In this document: positions 9,960-18,853 of the stretch, piece by piece
Layout of the letters: every line of letters starts with the position of its first letter
Numbering within the stretch: the first letter of the stretch is position 1
Source of the DNA: an uncultured Candidatus Rokubacteria bacterium
GTDB taxonomy: Bacteria > Methylomirabilota > Methylomirabilia > Rokubacteriales > DASRDR01
NCBI GenBank assembly: GCA_963826115.1
Contig: CAWGVS010000007.1
Span: forward strand, 32,001 to 96,000
Direction of reading: 5' to 3'
DNA: 64,000 bases
Translations under genes and position numbers: made by a program
Notes under the pieces: generated by a model
Seen by the model: only the letters and a program-made list of their open reading frames with translations
Databases searched by the model: none
What the model was told of the DNA's origin: nothing

Positions 9960-11779
9960 GAGAGCCCGTCCTGGGCCTCGACGAGCGTGGCGAGGTCCGG
10001 CTGGAGCCGCCGCAGGACCTCGAGCTCGCCGCGCGCGCGCTCCCGGTCGCCGAGGGCGGCCCAGGCCCGGACGAGGCCGAGGCGCGGCGCCGGCGCCGCC
10101 GGCCGGTGCTGGGCCGCCACGCCAAAGTAGGCCACGAGCGCCGCCGGGGCGTAGAAGCGGCTCGCCCCGTCGATCACGCCCATCGCCTCTTCCAGCCGGC
10201 CGGCGGCGAGCAGCGCGCTCGCCAGCGAGAGCCGGAGCGCCATGTTCGGGGGGGTCAGCCCGAGCCCGGCGCGGTAGGCGGTGATCGCGGCCTCGCGCCG
10301 GCCGAGTCCCTCGAGCGCGAGCCCGAGGCTCCGATAGGTCTGGGCCCGGCCCGGCTGGAGCTCCAGCGCGCGGGTGAAGTGCTCGAGCGCGGCACCGGGC
10401 TCCCCCGCCTCGAGGAGCTCGTGCCCGAGGTTCAGCCAGCAGACCATGCAGTCGGGCGTCGCGCGGACCGCCTGGCGCCACAGGCTCACCGAGTCCCGCC
10501 ACGCCCGCGTCTGGTGCCACGTGAGGACGCCCAGGCCGATGGCCACGAGTACGATCGCGGCTCCGGTCGCGGCGGCGAGCCAGCGGAGCCCAGGCCGGCG
10601 CCGGGAGCGTTCGACGGCGACCGCCACACCGCCGCCGGCCAGCACCGCGAAGCCGAGGCAGGGCACGTAGCTGTACCGGTCGGCGGTCAGGTGATACCCG
10701 AGCGACAGGGCGCCGGCCACCGGCGCGAGCATGATCACGTAGGACGCCCAGGCGACGAGGACCCCGGGGCACCGGCGGCGGAGGAGCCACGCCACCGCCG
10801 TGACGAGGACGACGCCCGCGACGGCCCGCAGGACCGCGGGGTGACCCGGGCCGAGTCCCGGGGGCGCCTCGTAGATCGGCGACAGGTCGAGGGGCACCAG
10901 GAGCTTCACCGGGTAGAACCAGAGGCTCACCACGACGCGAGACAGGGCCTCGCGCCACGGCAGGAGCTGAACGGCCTCGAGGTCGCCCAGGAAGAAGTGG
11001 CGCGTGAGGAGCGCCTGCACGACGCTCAGGATCGCGTGCGGCGCCTTCTCGGCCGCGACTCGCGCGACTGCTCCGGCCGTCCACCGCCCCGAGGGACCGG
11101 GAAGGCGCCGGAGCGGATAGACGTCCAGCAGGAGGAGCACGAGCGGGGCCATGACGGTGATCGACTTGGACAGGAGCGCCGCCAGGTGGGCAACCACCGA
11201 GACGAGCAGGAGCCAGCGGCGACGCGCGCCGGTCGCGCCGGCGGCACGTACGTAGGCCAGCACCGTGAGGAGGAAGAACAGCCCGGAGAGGACGTCGCGC
11301 CGCTCCGTCGCCCACGCGACGGATTCGACCCGCAGAGGATGAAGGGCGAAGAAGAGCGCCGCCGCCGCGGCGCCCGCGCGGACGGCGCTCGGCGCGACCG
11401 GGCTGGCCCGGGTGATGAGGGTCCGCGCGACGCAGTAGAGAGTGACGGTCGCCGCGACGTGGATCAGGAGGCTCGTGAGATGGTAGCCGGCGGGATTCAT
11501 CCCCCAGACCACGTAGTCGGCGGCGAGCGTCAGCCAAGCCAGCGGGACGTAGTGCCCGTAGTGGCTCTCCGTTGCCATCCACCGGAGCTGCGCCCATCCG
11601 AGGCCGCGGTAGTGGGGATTGTCGACGAGATTCCGGGTGTCGTCCCACGCGACGAAGCCGTTTCCGAGGACGGGCAGGAAGGCCAGCACCGTGGCCGCGG
11701 CAAGGACGAGCGCCACCCACACGTCCGGCCCGATCGCGGGTCGCGCAGCGGACGAGCGTGCGGCCGCGGCCCCCTGCAT
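9956..11779 (-). CDS. Polytopic membrane protein with C-terminal TPRs; TMTC-like putative glycosyltransferase (GT-C)
   Basis: FVAWDD loop after TM1, YHLTSLLIH, FFALHPLRVESVAWATERRDVL, ADRYSY, WRDSVSLW, then TPR repeats. Confidence 0.8.
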   Translation of the reverse strand: MQGAAAARSSAARPAIGPDVWVALVLAAATVLAFLPVLGNGFVAWDDTRNLVDNPHYRGLGWAQLRWMATESHYGHYVPLAWLTLAADYVVWGMNPAGYHLTSLLIHVAATVTLYCVARTLITRASPVAPSAVRAGAAAAALFFALHPLRVESVAWATERRDVLSGLFFLLTVLAYVRAAGATGARRRWLLLVSVVAHLAALLSKSITVMAPLVLLLLDVYPLRRLPGPSGRWTAGAVARVAAEKAPHAILSVVQALLTRHFFLGDLEAVQLLPWREALSRVVVSLWFYPVKLLVPLDLSPIYEAPPGLGPGHPAVLRAVAGVVLVTAVAWLLRRRCPGVLVAWASYVIMLAPVAGALSLGYHLTADRYSYVPCLGFAVLAGGGVAVAVERSRRRPGLRWLAAATGAAIVLVAIGLGVLTWHQTRAWRDSVSLWRQAVRATPDCMVCWLNLGHELLEAGEPGAALEHFTRALELQPGRAQTYRSLGLALEGLGRREAAITAYRAGLGLTPPNMALRLSLASALLAAGRLEEAMGVIDGASRFYAPAALVAYFGVAAQHRPAAPAPRLGLVRAWAALGDRERARGELEVLRRLQPDLATLVEAQDGLS

Positions 11780-11846
11780 GTCAGCCCACTCTACCCCTCG
11801 GGGGCCGGGGTCCGAAGACCTCCGTCGCCCGGGGTGCCGACGTCCG

Positions 11847-13037
11847 TCAGCGCAGGTAGGAGTGCGAGAAGGCGCCGCCGTCGGCGTGCGGCTCTGCGGC
11901 GAACCGGTCCAGCCGGAAGTCCGCGAGGTCGGCCACGTCGGAGCGGCCCCGGGTGATGAGGTCGGCCATCATCCGGCCCACGGCCGGGGACAGCTTGAAA
12001 CCGTGACCCGACATCCCGGCGGCGACGTACAGGCCGCGGACCGGGGTCTGGTCCAGGATCGGCATCCAGTCGGGCGTGATGTCGAAGGCCCCGGCGTACC
12101 CGCGCTGGTAGCGCGCCTCCGCGAGGGCCGGGATGCAGCGGCTCGCCCGCTCCATGATCCGGGCGACCTCGTCGAAACCCACGTCGCCGCCGAGGGCCTC
12201 GGGGTCGAGCGGGTGGTTCGTCTCGTCCGCGTCGAGGAATCCGGTCAGCGTGAGACCACCGGTCTCGGGGCGGAGGAACGTCCCGCTCGAGAGGTCCAGG
12301 TACACCGGGTGGGGCCGCCCGAACTCCGGCGCGCGCTGGACGATGAACACGGGATGCCGCCCGACCATGATCGGGAGCGTCACCCCCGCCAGCGCCGCGA
12401 CCGCCGGCGACCAGAGGCCGGCGGCGTTCACCACCACCCGCGCCGCGATCCGGTCCCCGCCCGCGAGGCGGACGCCCTCGATCGCGCCTCGCGCGACCTC
12501 GAGGCCGACGACCTCGGTCCCCTGCTCGATGATGACGCCCCCGCGCGCGGCCGCGCGCGCGAAGCCCGCGGTCACGCCGGTCGGGTCGCCGTACCCCGAC
12601 TCCGGCTCCCAGACCGCCGCCCCCACGGCGAAGGGGTCGATCCGGGGATCGAGCTCGCGGATGTCGTCCGGGCCGATCAGCCGCGTGTCGATGCCGAGCC
12701 CGCGCTGGGCCTCCACCGTCCGCGCGAGCGCCCCGCGCTGCTCCGCCCCGACGGCCAGGAGCGCCCCGCACTGAACGTACCCCGCGTCGCCGCCGGTGAT
12801 CTCGCCGAAGCCCTGGAAGACCCGGAGCGAGTGGAGCACCATGCGGGAGCTCGCGTCGCTCGGATAGAGCTGGCGCATGACCCCCACCGACCGGCCGGTG
12901 CCCCCCGACGCCAGGAAGCGCCGCTCGAGGACGAGGACGTCCCGCACCCCGGCGCTCGCGAGGTGGAACGCGATCGAGCAGCCGGTCACCCCGCCGCCGA
13001 CGATCACGACGTCGGCGGTGCGCGTCGCGGGCGTCAC
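11847..13037 (-). CDS. FAD-dependent oxidoreductase, DAO / sarcosine oxidase beta-like family
   Basis: VVIVGGGVTG, VVNAAGLWS, DITPDWMPI and AAGMSGHGFKLSPAVG. Confidence 0.88.
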   Translation of the reverse strand: MTPATRTADVVIVGGGVTGCSIAFHLASAGVRDVLVLERRFLASGGTGRSVGVMRQLYPSDASSRMVLHSLRVFQGFGEITGGDAGYVQCGALLAVGAEQRGALARTVEAQRGLGIDTRLIGPDDIRELDPRIDPFAVGAAVWEPESGYGDPTGVTAGFARAAARGGVIIEQGTEVVGLEVARGAIEGVRLAGGDRIAARVVVNAAGLWSPAVAALAGVTLPIMVGRHPVFIVQRAPEFGRPHPVYLDLSSGTFLRPETGGLTLTGFLDADETNHPLDPEALGGDVGFDEVARIMERASRCIPALAEARYQRGYAGAFDITPDWMPILDQTPVRGLYVAAGMSGHGFKLSPAVGRMMADLITRGRSDVADLADFRLDRFAAEPHADGGAFSHSYLR

Positions 13038-13489
13038 GCGGGCCGCCGCTTGATCATGCGGGCGATCGTCGCCTCCATGACCGCCTCCCCGCGCTGGTTC
13101 GAGACGCGGTGCCGGAAGGTGACCACGCCCCGGTCGGGCTTCTTCGTCTCGCGCCGGTCGAGCACCTCGATTTCCACCGAGATCGTGTCGCCCGACAGGA
13201 CGGGGGCCAGGACGCGCACGTCGTAGGACAGGAGGGCCAGCCCGGTCCCGTGGAGGATCCCCGTCTGGAGCGTCAGGCCCTCGGCGAGGGCGAAGGTGAG
13301 GACGCCCGGCGCCACGCGCGTCCCGAACACGCTCTCGCGCCGGATGTACTCGAGATCCATGAAGAGGGGCTCGGTGAAGCCGGTCAGCGTGACGAACTGG
13401 AGGATCTCGAAGTCCGAGACGGTCCGCCCGAGCGTTCGGTAGCGGTCGCCGACCCGGAACTCCTCGAAGTGGACGGCGGTGGCCGCCAC
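13034..13489 (-). CDS. MaoC/hotdog-fold dehydratase
   Basis: HFEEFRVGD, GRTVSD, PLFMD, FGTRVAPG and PVLSGDTI. Confidence 0.85.
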   Translation of the reverse strand: MAATAVHFEEFRVGDRYRTLGRTVSDFEILQFVTLTGFTEPLFMDLEYIRRESVFGTRVAPGVLTFALAEGLTLQTGILHGTGLALLSYDVRVLAPVLSGDTISVEIEVLDRRETKKPDRGVVTFRHRVSNQRGEAVMEATIARMIKRRPA

Positions 13490-13495
13490 GCGGAG

Positions 13496-14215
13496 CTACT
13501 TCTCTCCGAGATACGCCTTGCGCACGACGTCCGAGCGCAGCAGCCCCGACCCGGTGTCGGTGAGCACGATGCGGCCCGTCTGGATGACGTAGCCGCGGTG
13601 CGCCACCCGGAGGGCCATCCGGGCGTTCTGCTCCACGAGGAGGATGGTCGTGCCCTGGGCGTTGATGTCCCGGACGATCCCGAAAATGGTCTCCACCAGG
13701 ATGGGCGACAGGCCCATCGACGGCTCGTCGAGCAGCAGCAGGCTCGGGCGCGCCATCAGGGCGCGGCCCATGGCGAGCATCTGCTGCTCGCCGCCAGACA
13801 GCGTCCCGCCCTTCTGCTGCAGGCGCTCCCGCAAGCGCGGGAACAGCGCCAGCACGCGCTCGAGGTCCTCGGGGATGTTCGCCCGGTCCTTCCGCGAGAA
13901 GGCGCCGAGCTCGAGGTTCTCGTAGACGGTCATCCGGGGGAAGATCCGCCGGCCCTCCGGCGACTGGGCGATCCCCAGTCGCACGATCCGGTCCGTCGAC
14001 AGCGCGTCGATCCGCCGGCCGTCGAAGGTGACGGCGCCGCGAAGCGGCCGCACGTTGCCGATGACCGTCTTGAGCGTGGTCGTCTTCCCGGCGCCGTTGG
14101 ACCCGATCAGCGTGACGATCTCGCCCCGGTTGACGGTCAGCGAGACGCCCTTCAGCGCGCGGATGCTCCCGTAGTAGGTGTGGATGTCGGCGACGTCGAG
14201 CAGCGCGCCGCTCAT
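13496..14215 (-). CDS. livF: Branched-chain amino acid ABC transporter ATP-binding protein
   Basis: GSNGAGKTT, LSGGEQQM, LLLDEPSMGL and VEQN. Confidence 0.93.
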   Translation of the reverse strand: MSGALLDVADIHTYYGSIRALKGVSLTVNRGEIVTLIGSNGAGKTTTLKTVIGNVRPLRGAVTFDGRRIDALSTDRIVRLGIAQSPEGRRIFPRMTVYENLELGAFSRKDRANIPEDLERVLALFPRLRERLQQKGGTLSGGEQQMLAMGRALMARPSLLLLDEPSMGLSPILVETIFGIVRDINAQGTTILLVEQNARMALRVAHRGYVIQTGRIVLTDTGSGLLRSDVVRKAYLGEK

Positions 14216-16182
14216 GCCGTGGCCAGCTCCTGCTCGTAGCCCTTGCCGAGGTACGCCTCGATGACCTTGGAGTCGCGCTGGACCTCCGCGGGCGTCCCTT
14301 CGGAGATCCGCGTCCCGTAGTCGAGGACGGTGATGCGGTCCGAGATGCCCATCACCACTTCCATGTGGTGCTCGATGAGGAGGACCGACAGGCCGAGCTC
14401 GCGCCGCAGCATGTCGATGAACTGGGTCAGGACCTCGGTCTCACGCGGATTCATGCCGGCCGTCGGCTCGTCCAGCAGCAGGAGCTTCGGCTCGGTGGCG
14501 AGGGCCCGCGCGATCTCCAGCCGGCGCTGATCGCCGTACGGGAGATTCTTCGCGAGCTCCTGGTCCTTGCCGCCGAGCCCGACGAACTGGATGAGCTCGA
14601 GGGCGCGGGCGCGGGCGCGCTGCTCTTCGGCGCGCACGCGCGGAGGCCGGAAGACCGCCCCGGCCACCGACGCGGACAGCCGCGAGTGCTCCCCGACCAG
14701 GATGTTGTCCAGGATGCTCATGTTCTGGAAGAGCCGAATCGACTGGAAGGTCCGGGCGATGCCGCGGCCCACGATCGCGTTGGGTCGGCGGCCCACGATG
14801 CTCTGGCCCTCGAAGAGGATCTGGCCCTGGTCCGGCTCCAGGAGGCCCGTCACCACGTTGAAGAAGGTGGTCTTGCCGGCGCCGTTCGGACCGATCAGGC
14901 CCACGATCGAGCGCGGCGGGATGACCAGGTCGACCTGGTTCACGGCCACCAGGCCGCCGAACGCCTTCGTCACGCCGCGGGCCTCGAGCAGCGCGCGGCC
15001 GCCGGTCTCGCGGGACGCCGACGCGGACCGGAGCCACGCCGGGATGCTGTCGGCCCGCGGCACCTGGGGCGCCGCGGCCAGGAGGCCGGCCTCCTCGCCC
15101 TCGTCCACGTCGACGGCCGCCGGCTTCACCCGGCGCCCTACGAGCCCTTCGGGCTTGAACAGCATGGTGAGCGCGAGCCCGAGCCCGAAGAAGAACCAGC
15201 GCCAGAGCGTGAGGTCCACGGCCTGGAGCGCGCCGATGCCGGTCTGGAAGCCGACCCACCGGACGAGGTGCGTCATCTGGGACAGGAGGAGGCGATCGAA
15301 GAGCGTGATCAGCATCCCGCCCAGGATCACGCCCTTGAGGCTGCCCATGCCGCCCAGCACGACCATGCAGAGGAGCATGATCGAGACGTTGAACTCGAAG
15401 GCGCCGGGCGTGATGGCCTGGAGCTTCGCGGCGTAGAAGGAGCCGGCGAATCCCGAGAAGCACGCGCCGAGGGCGAAGGCGAGGAGCTTCGTCTTGATGG
15501 GGTCGACCCCCATGCAGTCCGCCGCCGTCTCGTCCTCGCGGATGGCCATCCACGCGCGTCCCAGCCGGGAGTCGCGCATCCGGTTCATCGCCCACAGGGA
15601 CGCGGCGCCGATGACCAGGATGAGGAAGTACCAGGGGATCGCGCTGTTGTCGAAGTCCACGCCAGGCAGCCATGGCCGCCCGATCGGGTTGATGCCGTTC
15701 TCCCCGCCGGTCAGGTTCAGGCGCTGGACGGGCTTCCAGCTCCCGATCTCGATGTTCACGTCCCCGAGGTTCCGGATGAAGACCGGGATGATCTCCCCGA
15801 AGCCCAGCGTGATGATCGCCAGGTAGTCCCCGCGGACCCTGAGGGTCGGGGCGCCGATGACCAGCCCGAGGAGCGCCGAGATCAGGGCCGAGAACCAGAT
15901 GACGACCCAGAAGCTCCACCGGTGCCCGTAGAGCGGGGACCCGAGGGCCGGGGAGTTGAGGATGCCCATCCCGTAGGCCCCGATCGCGAAGAACGCCGCG
16001 TAGCCCAGATCGAGCAGGCCCGCGTAGCCGATGACGATGTTGAGGCCGAGTGCCAGCAGCACGTAGATCATGCCGTCGGTGACGGCGTACACCGTCTGCG
16101 CCTGGAGCGCGTGGTCCACGAACGGATACGCGAGCAGGACCGACACCAGCAGCGCGAGCGAGACGACCTGCCGTCCGTTCAT
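14212..16182 (-). CDS. livM: Fused LivM permease + LivG ATP-binding protein
   Basis: N half: GLNIVIGYAGLLDLG, LRVRGDYLAIITLGFGEI, GRAWMAIREDE. C half: GPNGAGKTT, LPYGDQRRLEIARAL, LLLDEP, IEH. Confidence 0.9.
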   Translation of the reverse strand: MNGRQVVSLALLVSVLLAYPFVDHALQAQTVYAVTDGMIYVLLALGLNIVIGYAGLLDLGYAAFFAIGAYGMGILNSPALGSPLYGHRWSFWVVIWFSALISALLGLVIGAPTLRVRGDYLAIITLGFGEIIPVFIRNLGDVNIEIGSWKPVQRLNLTGGENGINPIGRPWLPGVDFDNSAIPWYFLILVIGAASLWAMNRMRDSRLGRAWMAIREDETAADCMGVDPIKTKLLAFALGACFSGFAGSFYAAKLQAITPGAFEFNVSIMLLCMVVLGGMGSLKGVILGGMLITLFDRLLLSQMTHLVRWVGFQTGIGALQAVDLTLWRWFFFGLGLALTMLFKPEGLVGRRVKPAAVDVDEGEEAGLLAAAPQVPRADSIPAWLRSASASRETGGRALLEARGVTKAFGGLVAVNQVDLVIPPRSIVGLIGPNGAGKTTFFNVVTGLLEPDQGQILFEGQSIVGRRPNAIVGRGIARTFQSIRLFQNMSILDNILVGEHSRLSASVAGAVFRPPRVRAEEQRARARALELIQFVGLGGKDQELAKNLPYGDQRRLEIARALATEPKLLLLDEPTAGMNPRETEVLTQFIDMLRRELGLSVLLIEHHMEVVMGISDRITVLDYGTRISEGTPAEVQRDSKVIEAYLGKGYEQELATA

Positions 16183-16192
16183 GCGCCCGGGC

Positions 16193-17131
16193 TCACACCT
16201 TGTCCACGGTGCGCTCGCCGAGGAGTCCGTGCGGTCGGAAGACGAGCACCAGGATCAGGATCGTGAAGACGACGGCGTTGGTCCAGCGCGCGGAGATGTA
16301 CTGATCGCTCCACGCCGACAGGAACCCGATGACCAGGCCGCCGAGGGCGGCTCCCGGCATGTTGCCGATGCCGCCGAGCACGGCGGCGGTGAACGCCCGG
16401 AGGCCGGCCTGGTAGCCGACGTACCACTGGCCGATGTTGTAGTACATCCCCTGGATGATGCCGGCCGCCCCCGCCAGCGCCCCGCCGATGAAGAACGTCA
16501 GGATGATCGTCCTCTCGACGTTGATCCCCATCGCCTGGGCAGTCTCCCGGTCCTGGGCGGTGGCCCGCATCGCCTTCCCCCAGGTCGTGCGCGTCACGAA
16601 GAACTGGAGCGCCAGCATCAGGGGAATCGTCGCGCCGATGACGAGCAGGTCCTTGGTCGTCAGGAAGATCTTCGAGTTCCAGCCCAGCCACTCGTAGAGG
16701 ATGTCCACCGACGGGAAGATGTCCGGGTACGAGAACGGGGCCGGCCCCTTCCAGACCAGGGCGATGTTCTCCAGCATGAACGAGACGCCGATGGCGGTGA
16801 TCAGCGGCGCCAGGCGCGTGGACCGGCGCAGCGGACGGTAGGCGAGCCGGTCGATGGTCACGTTGATGGCCGCCGTCGTCACCATGGTGGCAAGGAACAC
16901 GAGCGGCAGGATGGTGACCAGCTCCCAGCCGTGGAGCGTCCGCCCCATGCCGAGGAGGGTGAAGTAGCTGAGCGAGATGACCAGGCCGAGCATGAACACG
17001 TCGCCGTGCGCGAAGTTGATCAGCTCGATGATGCCGTACACCATGGTGTAGCCCATCGCGACCAGCGCGAAGACGGACCCCCGCGTCAGTCCGTTGATGC
17101 TCTGCTGGACGAGGACTTCCCACCAATTCAT
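16193..17131 (-). CDS. livH: Branched-chain amino acid ABC transporter permease
   Basis: GYTMVYGIIELINFAHG, GKAMRATAQD, AFTAAVLGGIG and RPHGLLG. Confidence 0.93.
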   Translation of the reverse strand: MNWWEVLVQQSINGLTRGSVFALVAMGYTMVYGIIELINFAHGDVFMLGLVISLSYFTLLGMGRTLHGWELVTILPLVFLATMVTTAAINVTIDRLAYRPLRRSTRLAPLITAIGVSFMLENIALVWKGPAPFSYPDIFPSVDILYEWLGWNSKIFLTTKDLLVIGATIPLMLALQFFVTRTTWGKAMRATAQDRETAQAMGINVERTIILTFFIGGALAGAAGIIQGMYYNIGQWYVGYQAGLRAFTAAVLGGIGNMPGAALGGLVIGFLSAWSDQYISARWTNAVVFTILILVLVFRPHGLLGERTVDKV

Positions 17132-17156
17132 GCGTGCGGACGATCTGGGGGATCAG

Positions 17157-17189
17157 GCGGGAGAGCCGGCGCGCGGCCGGCCCTCCCGC
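17157..17189 (-). other. Intercistronic stem-loop after the binding-protein gene
   Basis: GCGGGAGGGCCGGC-N5-GCCGGCTCTCCCGC: 14-bp stem with one G-U pair and no U tail, typical of an mRNA-stabilising hairpin in ABC operons. Confidence 0.6.
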
Positions 17190-17198
17190 GCCAATCGC

Positions 17199-18467
17199 CT
17201 ATTCGAGGATGGACTCGAAGCCGAACGTGCAGCCGGGCTCCTTGTCGCTCTTCACGACCTTGAACCCGGACATGGTCTCGAGCGTGGTGTCGCCGTTCTC
17301 GTCGAAGCTGAACTTGCCGTTCAGCCCGTCGAAGTTCTTGAGCCCGGCGATCGCCTTCCGGACGGCCTCGCGCTTCGCCATCGGGTTGGCGCCCTTCTCG
17401 ATGTCCGCAGCGGCCCGCTTGATCCCGTCGATGGCGATCCGGGCCGCCTCCGCCGAGTAGAGCGCGTAGCCGGTCGGCTCCTTGCCGTACTTCTTCTTGT
17501 AGTTCTCGTAGGTCGAGGCGCCCACGCCCTTCATCTTCTCGAAGGGCAGGCTCGCGAACGTGATCCGCATCTCGGTCCCGAGCGCGGCGTCACAGGTCCC
17601 CGCCTTCAGCACTTCCTCCTCGTAGAGGCCGTCGGGGCCGATGAGGCGAACGCCACGCGCCGCGACGAGACCCAGGTCCTTCATCTGGCGCAGGACGATC
17701 GGAGCACCCGTGTCGACGACGCCCGCCAGGTACACCATGTCGGCGCCGGAGGCGCGCACCTTGGTCAGCAGCGGCTTCTGGTCGGGCTGCTTGTAGTCCA
17801 TGCCCTCGTTCGCCGCGACCTGGAGGCCGATCTTCTTGGCGGCCGCCTCGAACACGTCGGCGATGCCCTTCCCGTAGAGCTCCTGGTCGTTGATGATGTA
17901 GACCTTCTTCGCACCCAGGAGCTTGGCCCACTTGGCGCCCACGGTGCCCTGAACGTCATCCGGCGGTGGGACCCGGAAGTAGTTGACGAAGCCCATGGGC
18001 CGGTAGATCTCCGGCTCGCCGGGGGCGGCGCCGTTCTTCCGGGTGAGGCCGGGATACGTGTTCGCCGGCGTGATCTGGGCCATGTGCGCGCGGTTGTTGA
18101 TCGGGATCGACACCTTCGCCGCGCCGGAATTGTAGGTCCCGATGTAGACGATCGCCAGCGGGTCGGCGACAGCCTTGTTCGCGTTCTCCGCCTCGACCGC
18201 GCCGTCCCACTTACCGGTCTGGGGCGAGGCGTCGTCGAGGTTCACCACCTCGAGGCAATAGCCACCGACCACGCCGCCGGCCTCGGCGACGGCCATGTCG
18301 ACGCCGTTCTTCATGCCGGTGCCCTCGGCGAGCATCGCGCCCTGCATCGGCCACGACGTGTAGATGCGGAGCTTGCCCTTCGGGCACTGCTGCGCGTCGG
18401 CGGGAGCGGCGAGCGCCATGACAAGCGCCGCCATGCCGGCCATTCCCATCCACTTCCATCCTCGCAT
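17199..18467 (-). CDS. livK: Branched-chain amino acid ABC transporter substrate-binding protein
   Basis: Signal peptide, IGTYNSG, QITPANTYPGLT, YFRV..DDVQG and YGKGIA; RBS AAGGAGG upstream. Confidence 0.9.
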   Translation of the reverse strand: MRGWKWMGMAGMAALVMALAAPADAQQCPKGKLRIYTSWPMQGAMLAEGTGMKNGVDMAVAEAGGVVGGYCLEVVNLDDASPQTGKWDGAVEAENANKAVADPLAIVYIGTYNSGAAKVSIPINNRAHMAQITPANTYPGLTRKNGAAPGEPEIYRPMGFVNYFRVPPPDDVQGTVGAKWAKLLGAKKVYIINDQELYGKGIADVFEAAAKKIGLQVAANEGMDYKQPDQKPLLTKVRASGADMVYLAGVVDTGAPIVLRQMKDLGLVAARGVRLIGPDGLYEEEVLKAGTCDAALGTEMRITFASLPFEKMKGVGASTYENYKKKYGKEPTGYALYSAEAARIAIDGIKRAAADIEKGANPMAKREAVRKAIAGLKNFDGLNGKFSFDENGDTTLETMSGFKVVKSDKEPGCTFGFESILE

Positions 18468-18620
18468 TACCGACCTCCTTGTCGTGCTGCTGTGACGTGG
18501 ATCACGACTGAGCTGCGTGAGTCGGGTTCGTGCGGCCCGGCTCTCCTCGGACCAGCTTTCCTGGCTGCTCGGACCTGTCCGTACCTGGGCGTCGTTGCCC
18601 CAGAAAACGAGTGGGTCCGT

Positions 18621-18650
18621 ACGCTACTATGGCCCTCCGGCGGGTGTCAA
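18621..18650 (-). promoter_or_regulatory. sigma70-type promoter of the liv operon
   Basis: Minus strand TTGACA-N18-TAGCGT. Confidence 0.55.
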
Positions 18651-18853
18651 GGTGACGCCCGTCGCGGCGGGCCTGGCCTCGCCCCGGGACGGCGCGGCGG
18701 CGACCTGGCCGAGGACCCGGTTCTGCCGCCAGCGGTCCGGATCCGCGCTCGCCACCGGGAGCACGAAGTACGGCGCCCTCGCGCGGTCGCCCCGGGCGTC
18801 GACCTCGCCGGTCACCCCGCGGTGCTTCGTCCGTCGGCCGGCGGGCCGGCCGC

